A stretch of DNA of 64,000 nt from Bacilli bacterium (GTDB lineage: Bacteria; Bacillota_I; Bacilli_A; RFN20; CAG-826). The DNA lies in assembly GCA_022641095.1 (NCBI GenBank), contig JALCDB010000001.1, positions 238,802 through 302,801 on the forward strand, given 5' to 3'. The notes beneath the pieces are model-generated. The model was not told the DNA's origin and did not search any database. It was given only the letters and a program-made list of their open reading frames with translations. Position 1 is the first letter of the stretch. Each line of letters opens with the position of its first letter. This document shows positions 9,504 to 17,722 of the stretch, piece by piece. The translations under genes and the position numbers were made by a program.

Positions 9504-10453
9504 CTCATTTTTCTCGCGACGAAATTGGTCACGATCTGAAGGAACATGACCTCGATGAAGAGGGGAAGGAGCAAGGCCCCGACCTTATCGTACTGGCCTT
9601 GGCCGATGCACTCCTTCATCGTGTAGCCATAGCCCCCGGCCCCGACGTAGCCAAGAATGACGCTCGCGCGGATGTTGATCTCGAAGGTATAGAGGAAATT
9701 GGCGAAGAACATGGGCTTGATTTCCGGATGAAGGCCCAAATGCACGGCCTGCAGCGTCGTGCCGCCGCAGGAGCGGGCGCTTTCGAAAGGCGACATCTCC
9801 AAGGTTTCGATGTATTCGTACATGAGTTGGTACATGATGCCGATCGTGAAGATGGTCATCGCCGCCACGCCCGAGACGGCGCTATAGCCCCAGAAGTTCT
9901 CGAAAAACATGGCGAGAAGCATCGTCGGGATGGTCCGCAAAAGGTCATTGACGACCCGAACCGGGGTCCTTAGGCAAGCCTTGGACGTGATATTGCGGGA
10001 GCTAAGGTAATAGACGGGAATCGAGAGGATGGCCCCGATGAGGCTCGAGATGAAGCACATCTCGGTCGTCTGCCAGATGGTGTGGAGGGCGTCGTTCCCG
10101 ACGTAGTGCCACCACCCCGACCAGTCGTTCGTGCTGTAGGCCATCGGGGTGAACATCGCGACGAAGATGGCCCCGAGCTGATCCCACTTGAAGCCTTTGA
10201 AGGTCTTGAAATCGATGGCGAGGAAGCAAAGCCCGAACACAAGGAGGAGACCGCAGAGGGAAACGATGGCCGCATAGGGCTTCTTTTTCCGAATCGTCCG
10301 TATCTGGCTCCCGTCCTGCTCAGGGGACAAATCCACCCTCACATCATAAAAAAGATGGGCGTCCTGCCACGCCTTCCTCTTCGCGGCTTTCGCTTCCTTC
10401 CGCTTTTCTTTCGCGATCGATCTCTCGATGGCCGTTTCCTTACGATCGATCAC
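9500..10453 (-). CDS. phnE: phosphonate-type (PhnE family) ABC transporter permease, second copy
   Basis: 317-aa polytopic ORF with the EAA-type loop [25 protein letters not shown]. It has 4-nt overlaps with its neighbours. Confidence 0.8.
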   Translation of the reverse strand: MIDRKETAIERSIAKEKRKEAKAAKRKAWQDAHLFYDVRVDLSPEQDGSQIRTIRKKKPYAAIVSLCGLLLVFGLCFLAIDFKTFKGFKWDQLGAIFVAMFTPMAYSTNDWSGWWHYVGNDALHTIWQTTEMCFISSLIGAILSIPVYYLSSRNITSKACLRTPVRVVNDLLRTIPTMLLAMFFENFWGYSAVSGVAAMTIFTIGIMYQLMYEYIETLEMSPFESARSCGGTTLQAVHLGLHPEIKPMFFANFLYTFEINIRASVILGYVGAGGYGYTMKECIGQGQYDKVGALLLPLFIEVMFLQIVTNFVARKMR

Positions 10454-11228
10454 TTTTCTTGCCCTCTTCGATGCCGAGATTGTCGTTTTTGGTGAGCGAG
10501 CGGCCGTAGATAAGGATCGTCACTTCGTCCGTGACGTCCTTGGGCTTGCCGTCGAAGACGACCTTGCCTTCCTTTATGCCGATGATGCGCGAGGAATATT
10601 TTTTGGCTAGGTCCACGTGGTGCATGTTGGCGATGATGGTGATGCCCATCCGGTTGATGCGCGCGAAATCGTCCATGACCGAAAGGGTGGTGATGGGGTC
10701 AAGCGAGGCGACCGGCTCGTCCGCCAGAATCAGTTTCGGCTTTTGGGTCAAGGCTCTCGCGAGAGCCACCCGTTGCTGCTGGCCGCCGGAAAGCTGGTCG
10801 GCGCGGACGAAGGCCTTATCGAGGATCCCGAGTTTGTCGAGCGAGGACAACGCCAGGATTTTCTCTTCTTTCGAATAAAGGCCGAAAAGAGTCGAGAACG
10901 TATTGTGGTAACCGACGCGGCCCGCCAGAACGTTATTAAGGACGCTCGAGCGTTTCACGAGGTTGAAGGACTGGAAGATCATGCCGATGTTCCGCCGCTC
11001 AAGGCGCAGGGCTTTCCCCCGCAGCTTCGAGATGTCGACGCCGTCGAGTAGGATCTTCCCCTTCTCGATGTCGTGCATCCGGTTGAGGCAACGGATGAGC
11101 GTGCTCTTCCCCGCCCCGGAAAGGCCGATGATCGAAACGAACTCGCCGTCTTTGACCGTGAGGTTGATATCGCTAAGGGCTTTGTAGCCGTTAGGGTATA
11201 TTTTGTCGACGTGTTCGAGTTCAATCAT
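10440..11228 (-). CDS. phnC: phosphonate-type ABC transporter ATP-binding protein
   Basis: Walker [11 protein letters not shown], signature [15 protein letters not shown], Walker [13 protein letters not shown], and a PhnC-like N-terminus [14 protein letters not shown]. Confidence 0.9.
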   Translation of the reverse strand: MIELEHVDKIYPNGYKALSDINLTVKDGEFVSIIGLSGAGKSTLIRCLNRMHDIEKGKILLDGVDISKLRGKALRLERRNIGMIFQSFNLVKRSSVLNNVLAGRVGYHNTFSTLFGLYSKEEKILALSSLDKLGILDKAFVRADQLSGGQQQRVALARALTQKPKLILADEPVASLDPITTLSVMDDFARINRMGITIIANMHHVDLAKKYSSRIIGIKEGKVVFDGKPKDVTDEVTILIYGRSLTKNDNLGIEEGKKSDRS

Positions 11229-11274
11229 GGCTTTCTCTTTTCGGGGGGCAGAAGATCAATCGTTATCGGCTGGA

Positions 11275-12543
11275 TCAGGCGATGGGGTTGCCGTCGGCGT
11301 CGATCTGGCCGTTCATGGCCTTGATCTGCAAGGCTTTGGCGGCGTCGTCGAAGCCTGGGAAATCGTCGGCCTGGACTTTGTAGCCAGCGCGCGAAGCGGA
11401 AAGCAGGACCTCGACTTTGCCCGGATTCAGTTCCGTAGCTTGGGCGTAAGAGGCGGCCGGCAGGAACGCGGCGTCGATGGTCTCGCTGACGAGAGCCTGC
11501 GTCACGAGTTCGTAGCCGCCTTCGGCGGTGCCGACGGTAAGCGAGAAGCTGAACTTGTTGCCGACCGCGGCGTCAAGGAGCGGCTCAAGCGCTTTGGCGC
11601 GGGTGGCGAGCGTCGTCGGATCGTTGCTTGGGACAAGCTCAATCGAGATGGTGTTGTCCTCGACGTTCTTCGGAGCGGTCACCGGCGTCGCGATGGCGCG
11701 GGAAACGCTCTTGCCGCTATGGTCGCGGGTCCATTCGTACATCTGACGGGCCTTGTCGTAGTCGCTGTCGGCGGCGTCGACGTAGCCGGTGTGCGAATAA
11801 ATCTGATAAAGGAGATAAGCCCCGGTTCCCTCGGTGCTCTTGTCCCCCTGCTTCACCACGGTCTTGAAGGCGGTCTTGATGGCTTCCTGCTTCTCCTCGC
11901 TCAAATCGGCGCGGATGGAGACGGTGTCGTTCATGATCGGATCGGTGATGGCGACGGTATAGGTGTTGAGGAAGAGGTTGTCGTTGCCCTTGTACTTGCT
12001 GTCGGCCTGGACGTAGGCGCTGCCGTAGCGGGTGTCCATGAAGCCACAGACGACATCGAGCTTACCCGTGAAGAGGGAGTCGATGCTGTCGGGGTAGGTC
12101 CCTTGGTCGACGCCGATCACGGCCTTGGCCTTGTCCTCGGCGCTGAGGGCGTCGTATTCGCTCTGCGTCTTGAAGCCGAGCGTATAGCCGTTGTTATAGA
12201 GGTAGTAGTTCGGATAGACGGTGCCCGAGCTGGAGGTGGAGCTCATATGGCCCCAAACGGCGCCGGCGTCGTGGAGTTCGGCCAGAGTAACGGTCCCGTC
12301 TCCGTTGGCGTCGAGGGCTTTCTTCCCGATGTAGGAGCGAGCCTCATCGCGAAGGCAGAACATGATGCCCGAATAGTACATGACTTCGGTCGACGATTGT
12401 TGGCCCAGATACTTATAGGCGTTGCTCGCGAGCGGCGTGACGGTCGCGTCGATGGCGTTTCCGGTTCCGCTGGAGCAGGAGGCTAAGGAGCCTGCGAGAA
12501 TGATGCTGCCGACGATTAACGTCTTAACCAAATGCTTCTTCAT
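11275..12543 (-). CDS. PhnD-family substrate-binding lipoprotein, apparently circularly permuted, with an EF-hand-like loop
   Basis: Start at ATG 12543 (GGAAGGA RBS). Signal peptide and lipobox: MKKHLVKTLIVGSIILAGSLASC. PhnD-like motifs are present but in swapped order (STSSSG before ISIELVPS). The loop DANGDGTVTLAE lies at 12277-12312. Confidence 0.75.
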   Translation of the reverse strand: MKKHLVKTLIVGSIILAGSLASCSSGTGNAIDATVTPLASNAYKYLGQQSSTEVMYYSGIMFCLRDEARSYIGKKALDANGDGTVTLAELHDAGAVWGHMSSTSSSGTVYPNYYLYNNGYTLGFKTQSEYDALSAEDKAKAVIGVDQGTYPDSIDSLFTGKLDVVCGFMDTRYGSAYVQADSKYKGNDNLFLNTYTVAITDPIMNDTVSIRADLSEEKQEAIKTAFKTVVKQGDKSTEGTGAYLLYQIYSHTGYVDAADSDYDKARQMYEWTRDHSGKSVSRAIATPVTAPKNVEDNTISIELVPSNDPTTLATRAKALEPLLDAAVGNKFSFSLTVGTAEGGYELVTQALVSETIDAAFLPAASYAQATELNPGKVEVLLSASRAGYKVQADDFPGFDDAAKALQIKAMNGQIDADGNPIA

Positions 12544-12684
12544 TTTTCCTTCCTTCGGGGCAATGGCCCCTTTAGCGGCCAAACGAGAGAGTCGGGACGG
12601 CGAAACCGCGCGTCATTCGCGTGCACGTCGAATGGATTGAGGTTTGTCCGAATCCCAAAGATCTTTCATTTGCCGTGCTTCATT

Positions 12685-12987
12685 TTAGGGTTCGGCGGCA
12701 AGGGCGCGATACCACATTATCAATGAAAACGCTTTTGCCCGGAAAAGGTTGGCGAACGGGTCGCCGATGAGCCAAAATATAAGACCAGTCAAATATGATT
12801 TCCGGCTTTTGCTCGGGACGAAGACCCCGGATGCGAAGTTCTTCAGTATATGCATTTCATGGAGAAATGACGAAGGAATATTGTCGTGGCCGTAAGCGGA
12901 AGCGGCCTCCAAAGTAAACAAGCGGTTCTTCGCATTCCGGGCCCATTCTTGCAAACACGATTTTTCCTTATGCCTTAATCCATTCAA
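12685..12987 (-). CDS. hypothetical protein (weakly supported ORF)
   Basis: 100-aa ORF at the left edge of the AT-rich region. No motif or RBS was recognised. Confidence 0.2.
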   Translation of the reverse strand: MNGLRHKEKSCLQEWARNAKNRLFTLEAASAYGHDNIPSSFLHEMHILKNFASGVFVPSKSRKSYLTGLIFWLIGDPFANLFRAKAFSLIMWYRALAAEP

Positions 12988-13189
12988 AAAAACAATCGGC
13001 TATCCAGCGAAAAAAAGCACAGATAAAACACCCCCCGCAAGAGCCGCAGTCGAACTTTTTTGTTTTGCCGGCCAACTGGATTACGAACCTGAACCGATGG
13101 GGCTCTTTAGGGAATATCGCAAACCACGGAAAGGCTGATTGACAATGGCTTTGGTATTTTGATGGCGACTTTAAAGACGGTTATCTAGG

Positions 13190-14489
13190 CTTTTAGGATG
13201 TTTAATGGGACCACATGCATTTCCTTCTCGATCGTATAAGAAGGCCCACTGGCAGTGACAATCATCATAAACGATGGTCCTTTTCTCCAGATAATCTGAT
13301 TTTTTAGCTTAGGAATAACAGGTTATTTCTCCCTTCATTAATGAAACCCTCCCCACCGAGTTTTGCCTCGATTAAGGCATATTTGCCATTATCAAGCCTC
13401 ATGACTGCGCCACACTCAAACCCGTTGCTGTCTCGATAATGCTCGATTTGCCCAGAAAGATATTGCGCGTAAACCGACAGATCCCTAATGATCATATCTT
13501 CAAAAAAGAACCCGAATGTCTTAGGGCCGTTAAGAAGGTCCTCAGGTGAGATCTTAAGAGAACCTGCCGCGATAGAAGCATCGACAAAATGGCGAGTCGG
13601 AGTGGTAATTAACGCGGTTTTGCTCCTTAATTTGGGTTCCATGCATTGATGTCGCTTATAACGTAAAGATCGTTTAATGCCTCCACGTATTCATCGAATG
13701 TCGATTGGTCTAGCAGCCTATCATCGTTTTTGTTGATATCATTCAACATGCTTTTTTTGCGCGCCGACGTCGAGACGTTCCGGGCATAGCTTCTCAAAAT
13801 GATCCTGAAGATTTCCGGCTTCTTGTTTCTGAATTTCCTGTTTTCGGAATTCTCAAAGGCAAAAAGGGGCGAATAGTAATTCTTGGTGATCAAAAGCGCT
13901 CTTTTTCTGCCTTTAGCCAAAGACAAAGGCCGGCCACCGTGGCAAATATAAAAAGCGGCCTCAAGCAAGGAGTGCTTATCGTTTGGATCAAACACTTCCT
14001 TTTGACCATCAAAAGACTGGAGAGGGAAATGGCGCCGGTTGAGTCCCCTGACTCGAAAAGGGTCATGGGGCGCATTTTCGCCGTTACGATCCTCCCGGAT
14101 CCAGAATGGATAATTCCGCTCATATCGGCCGGGATGGAACTTCCTGTGAAAATAAACTGGCCAAATTTATTTTCTCTATGGTCAATCTTGGTTTTGGCCA
14201 CGTTCAATAGTTCTGGCACGTGCTGCCACTCGTCTATCATCCGTGGATTGTCACCAACCAAAATGGCAACCGGATCGCTCCCCACAAGTTTGATTTTCGC
14301 TTTTGTGTCGATCGCGTATTCGCTTTTTGCATACCTTTCGCTTGTGGTTGTCTTGCCACACCACTTTGGCCCAGCCACCACAGCAACCCCTGAGGTATTC
14401 AAATCTTCCTCAATCTCTTTTTCCAAATAACGTTTAAATACATGATTAATCTTCAATATTAAAAAAACGCATCTCGTGTGCTTAATCAA
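13190..14489 (-). pseudogene. COG1373-type ATPase (AAA + DUF4143), broken into at least 3-4 frames
   Basis: Walker A: VVAGPKWCGKTTTSERYA. The ORF fragments 13890-14489, 13627-13995 and 13304-13642 are collinear with one protein, and a further C-terminal piece (IVTASGPSYTIEKEMHVVPLNIL) lies in another frame. Confidence 0.7.
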
Positions 14490-14560
14490 TGTTAAATCAT
14501 ATGTTCAGCGTTATATATTTTAATATGTTTCACGTCAACATTTATACTATGTTTAACGTC
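14488..14560. repeat. direct repeats of ATGTTnAnCG with a 24-bp period
   Basis: atgttcagcg (14501), atgtttcacg (14525) and atgtttaacg (14549), plus a weaker atgttaaatc (14488). They lie just upstream of the ATPase pseudogene start. Confidence 0.4.
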
Positions 14561-14584
14561 TCAATTATGCTTTATATCGTATCG

Positions 14585-15060
14585 ACGCCAGGCTTGGACG
14601 TAGAGAACATCTGCCTAGGCTATCCTCGGTTGCAAAAACCTTAATGTGATTAGTGGCCTCCCGCCTTCATAGGTCATAAGCTTGATTGCTTCGTATCAGA
14701 ACTTTTTAAGCCCTAGGAAAGTCATGCCCCCCTCTCTCTGACGAAGTTCCGAATCCACGTTCTCGTTGTCTTGTTTCCCGCCTCTCGTTCCCCTATTCGA
14801 TGCTGTCGAAGCCGTCTTCTGCTCATTAGATGGGGCCGGCAGTTTCCTCGACCGTCCTAGCCGCATAGTCGAGTCACCACCTGCCGTTCTTCTTGGGACC
14901 CCCGTCGACTCTCCCCTACCTTCGCATGGCTCAGTCCTCAGGCCACTGATCCTTTCCATAAGCCCATCAATGCATTTCTTGGGCTATGCCTTCGTGTGTT
15001 CTGCGATGCCTTTTTCCTCCTTTGGCATACATATACATCGCTCTTGTTCCGCACTATGGC
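14585..15060 (-). ncRNA. candidate large structured non-coding RNA (family unassigned; ROOL/GOLLD-like context)
   Basis: GC-rich block inside AT-rich DNA. The plus strand is pyrimidine-rich, so a minus-strand transcript would be purine-rich. Only low-complexity R/G-rich ORFs are present. Nested complementarity: 14652-14659 with 14940-14947 (8 bp); 14837-14842 with 14881-14886; 14847-14852 with 14868-14873. Local hairpins: 14961-14965 with 14981-14985, and 15006-15010 with 15024-15028. Confidence 0.35.
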
Positions 15061-15249
15061 AAGTCAATAATCCTCACTATTAAGAAGGTTTCGAATGTAA
15101 CAAAAAACACCGATTTCTCAGTGCTTTATGTCGAATATAGTCGGTTTTTAAAACTTTAGGACCCTGGAATTTTTGCCTCGCGCATTTTGGAGGTGGGAGC
15201 GAACGGTACTTCTTTAAAATTATTTAATCACTAGGCCGGGAGATGCCAC

Positions 15250-15675
15250 TTAAATTAATTTTGTATATTTTGCATTGCTCTTATAGCTTTTCATAATTAA
15301 ACTAACTTGTGATGTGTTCGTAGAAACATTAATTGAATTATTAATTGCATTTATATCGTTTGCGTTTGTAATGTCATAGACATCAATCCCTGTCGATAAC
15401 ACTTCTACATAAATCACTCTAGAACAATTATTTTGTGTTTTTTTAAATGGAATGGTTCCGTTTTGTTTTGTCACTGTTTTCAATTCCACATTACCAGCAA
15501 AATCATAAGTTGCCACACCCTTCAGTATTTGCAAGGTACTATCAATAAAAGAGATAATCATTTTCTTACCAATTGTATCTGGGAAAGCAACATGATGTCC
15601 CTTTTCGAGTTCTTGATAAGCTCTATTATAAGCTAGCCAAGAATGATAAAACTTCCGAAGTCCTTGTTTTGTCAT
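15250..15675 (-). CDS. small PD-(D/E)XK-like protein (Bsp6I-like restriction-endonuclease fold guess), no adjacent methyltransferase
   Basis: 141-aa intact ORF. The motif FPDTIGKKMI...ATYDFAGNVELKTV fits D-x(n)-E-x-K. Confidence 0.5.
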   Translation of the reverse strand: MTKQGLRKFYHSWLAYNRAYQELEKGHHVAFPDTIGKKMIISFIDSTLQILKGVATYDFAGNVELKTVTKQNGTIPFKKTQNNCSRVIYVEVLSTGIDVYDITNANDINAINNSINVSTNTSQVSLIMKSYKSNAKYTKLI

Positions 15676-15777
15676 ACTAACACAAACATTTTCTTTTATA
15701 AAAATTATATCATGGTTATTGCTTTTTTACCAGGTTCCCGCCTTCATCAAACCCATATTTCCGAATCCTTCAAATCT

Positions 15778-16041
15778 TCAGTGCACCTTGTTGTGGCACT
15801 CATTGCAAAGAAGCATAAGGTTCTCCTGGTTAATGCTAATTTCAGGATCGCCCACATTCTCCGGTGTCAGGTGAACCTTATGATGGACCTCGGTACCGAT
15901 TTCACCACACATCTCGCATCTTCCACCAACTGATGCAATCTTCATGGTACGCGCAATCTTCCACTTGTCGCTTCGATAGAACCTTTGGATTGCGCTGCAA
16001 TCCTTATTTTTTATAGTCTTTAGAGTATTTTTTAAGGACAT
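15778..16041 (-). CDS. HNH endonuclease (phage-type, 87 aa)
   Basis: CEMCGEIGTEVHHKVHLTPENVGDPEISINQENLMLLCNECHNKVH: an HNH core with two CxxC pairs. Confidence 0.8.
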   Translation of the reverse strand: MSLKNTLKTIKNKDCSAIQRFYRSDKWKIARTMKIASVGGRCEMCGEIGTEVHHKVHLTPENVGDPEISINQENLMLLCNECHNKVH

Positions 16042-17115
16042 AGGCTTTGTTGGTCACCTCCCAAGGAACCACGATATCCGTTCTGCCGATGTGGCCGTAC
16101 TTCGCTAAATCGTAGTAGCAGATGTCATCGCTGATGATTTCGTTCCTGATGGCGCTTGGGCTGAAATTAAAGAACTTCAAGACGACATCCTTGATTTCAT
16201 CATTCGTATATCCGCTCGTTCCAAAGGCGTCGATGTTGATAGCGACTGGAGTTGAAACACCTATAGCATAGGCAGCTTGGACTTCGACTTCTTTGCAACA
16301 TCAGAAGCCACGATGCTCTTTGCCACATAACGCACGTAGTAAGAAGTGCTTCTATCAACCTTTGTTGCATCTTACCAGAGAAAGCACCATAGCCATGACG
16401 GCCACAACCGCCATAAGCGTCACAGATTATCTTTCTTCCGGTGAGCCCGCAATCGGCATAAGACCCACCTTTTACAAACTCATCTGGTGGATTAATCAAA
16501 ATCTTAGTGTTTTAATCAATGAACCCTGGTGGAATAACCTTCTTAATGCATTTATTGATTATGAAAGACTCGTAGAACTGCCTGGCAGCTTCTTTGGTTG
16601 TTTGCTACGACACAACGACTGTGCCAACTCTTACCGGCTCGTCGTTTCCGTTGTACTCAACTGAAACTTGGCACTTTCCATCGGATCCGAAGAACTGTGG
16701 TATATGTCTTGCGAGTTCATTCATCTTAATGGCGACTCTTCTCGCCAAGACAATAGGAAGCGGCATGAGTTTAAAAGATTCATCCGTGGCATAGCCATAC
16801 ACGATCCCTTGATCGTCCGCTCCTTTCTTATCGACTCCAAGCGCAATGTAGGGACTTTGCATCGAGACCCTAACAACAAATCTGATTTTATATATGTCTT
16901 TATATCCAAACTCGCTTAGGACCTTTTTGGCTATTCCCCTTAACGTTTATAAAGGCTTGGCTTGTAACCTCGCCGGCGATAACGGCTGAATCGTCGTTTA
17001 ATCAGTGTCTTAACCGCAACTCTGGATTTTTTGTCTTGCTCCAAATATGCATCAAGAATAGAATCACTAATCTCATCGCATATTTTATCAGGGTAACCTT
17101 TAAACACCATTTCAC
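16005..17115 (-). pseudogene. metK: S-adenosylmethionine synthetase, decayed (in-frame TAG/TAA stops plus at least 3 frameshifts, altered catalytic motifs)
   Basis: Collinear MetK segments across frames: [21 protein letters not shown]; [13 protein letters not shown]; SPYIALGVDKKGADDQGIVYGYATDES; [42 protein letters not shown]; [23 protein letters not shown]; [20 protein letters not shown]; YGHIGRTDIVVPWE. Confidence 0.85.
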
Positions 17116-17134
17116 GGGTGAACCTTATTTTTTA

Positions 17135-17407
17135 TTATGAAATGATCAAGCGTCCAGTCCTTTTATGGTCGAAAATACCTTCTTTTTGGAGAAGTTCAGA
17201 TTTAACGCTATTTTTGGTAAAACGACATTCGATTGTATCACTTTTATCGTTCGAAATTGGAGCAGCGCTTCTATAGACCCTACAGTGTTTTCCGCAGTTG
17301 GCGCAATCAAACTCTGTGTACGTCTTTCTATTGATATCCGCTTGATGATTCTTCCAGTACTCCTTCCTGCATCTCGCGGTACAAAACTTCCTAGGCCTTG
17401 AAATCAT
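17135..17407 (-). CDS. Zn-ribbon (FCS-type) hypothetical protein; possibly longer upstream
   Basis: RKFCTARCRKEYW and CANCGKHC. The in-frame upstream codons add CTYCLNCG. An A6 run at about 17452 separates it from the basic ORF 17433-17618. Confidence 0.4.
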   Translation of the reverse strand: MISRPRKFCTARCRKEYWKNHQADINRKTYTEFDCANCGKHCRVYRSAAPISNDKSDTIECRFTKNSVKSELLQKEGIFDHKRTGRLIIS

Positions 17408-17649
17408 TTTGGAGTGAACGGGCCTTCCGCAATTAAGGCAGTACGTGCATTCTTTTTTCCTTTGCGTGCTCCGCTTTTCGTTGCGCCTGCAGCAGGAAAC
17501 TGCCGAGTCCTTTGTTATTCCTAGCGCTTTTGCGATTCTTAGGTCCCCAAGTCCTTATGTTCTTAACTCCTCTATTCTTTGACCGGTTTCCTGTGTCATA
17601 TTCACGTCTCCTTTGCATGGGTAATGGAGCAAAACCGGTCTTTATGTTC

Positions 17650-17692
17650 GAAACAAAAAGCCACCCAACCCTCCAAAGAGAGTCAGGTGGCT
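17650..17692 (-). terminator. rho-independent terminator after the protease gene
   Basis: On the minus strand, AGCCACC (17692-17686) pairs with GGTGGCT (17665-17659) and is followed by TTTTGTTT. Confidence 0.55.
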
Positions 17693-17722
17693 CAAAAAAA
17701 TATGCGTTTTTATTAAACTTAA

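Noticed and set aside
11203-12486. 427-aa plus-strand ORF, along with similar long ORFs such as 1407-2069, 8823-9341, 28250-28984 (minus), 29601-30317 (minus), 44274-45227 and 62828-63550
   Set aside because: These are antisense shadow ORFs of well-supported GC-rich genes. Their translations are low-complexity (G/R/A/V/D-rich), they carry no motifs or RBS, and the opposite strand carries clear family signatures.
12544-12690. TPP or other riboswitch upstream of the phnD-like gene
   Set aside because: I read the minus-strand leader and found no CUGAGA / ACCUGAUCUGGAUAAUGCCAGCG-type TPP elements or other recognisable riboswitch core. The only feature is a small GGGGC/GCCCC hairpin next to the RBS.
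14585-15060. Identity of the RNA-like block as RNase P RNA, tmRNA or a group II intron
   Set aside because: There are only loose resemblances: cGAGGAAActgCCGGCC versus the P4 GAGGAAAGUCCGGGC, gagTCGACGGGGG versus the tmRNA 5' region, and a GUGCG near 15052. The block lacks an ACAGAA P4 partner, a tag-peptide reading frame, a tRNA-like 3' end and a domain V GNRA hairpin with the AGC triad. I could not confirm any of these families by eye.
14696-15083. ORFs 14696-14959 (minus, 87 aa) and 14766-15083 (plus, 105 aa) as protein genes
   Set aside because: Both are R/G/S/P low-complexity translations without an RBS. They overlap each other inside the region better explained as structured RNA or non-coding DNA.
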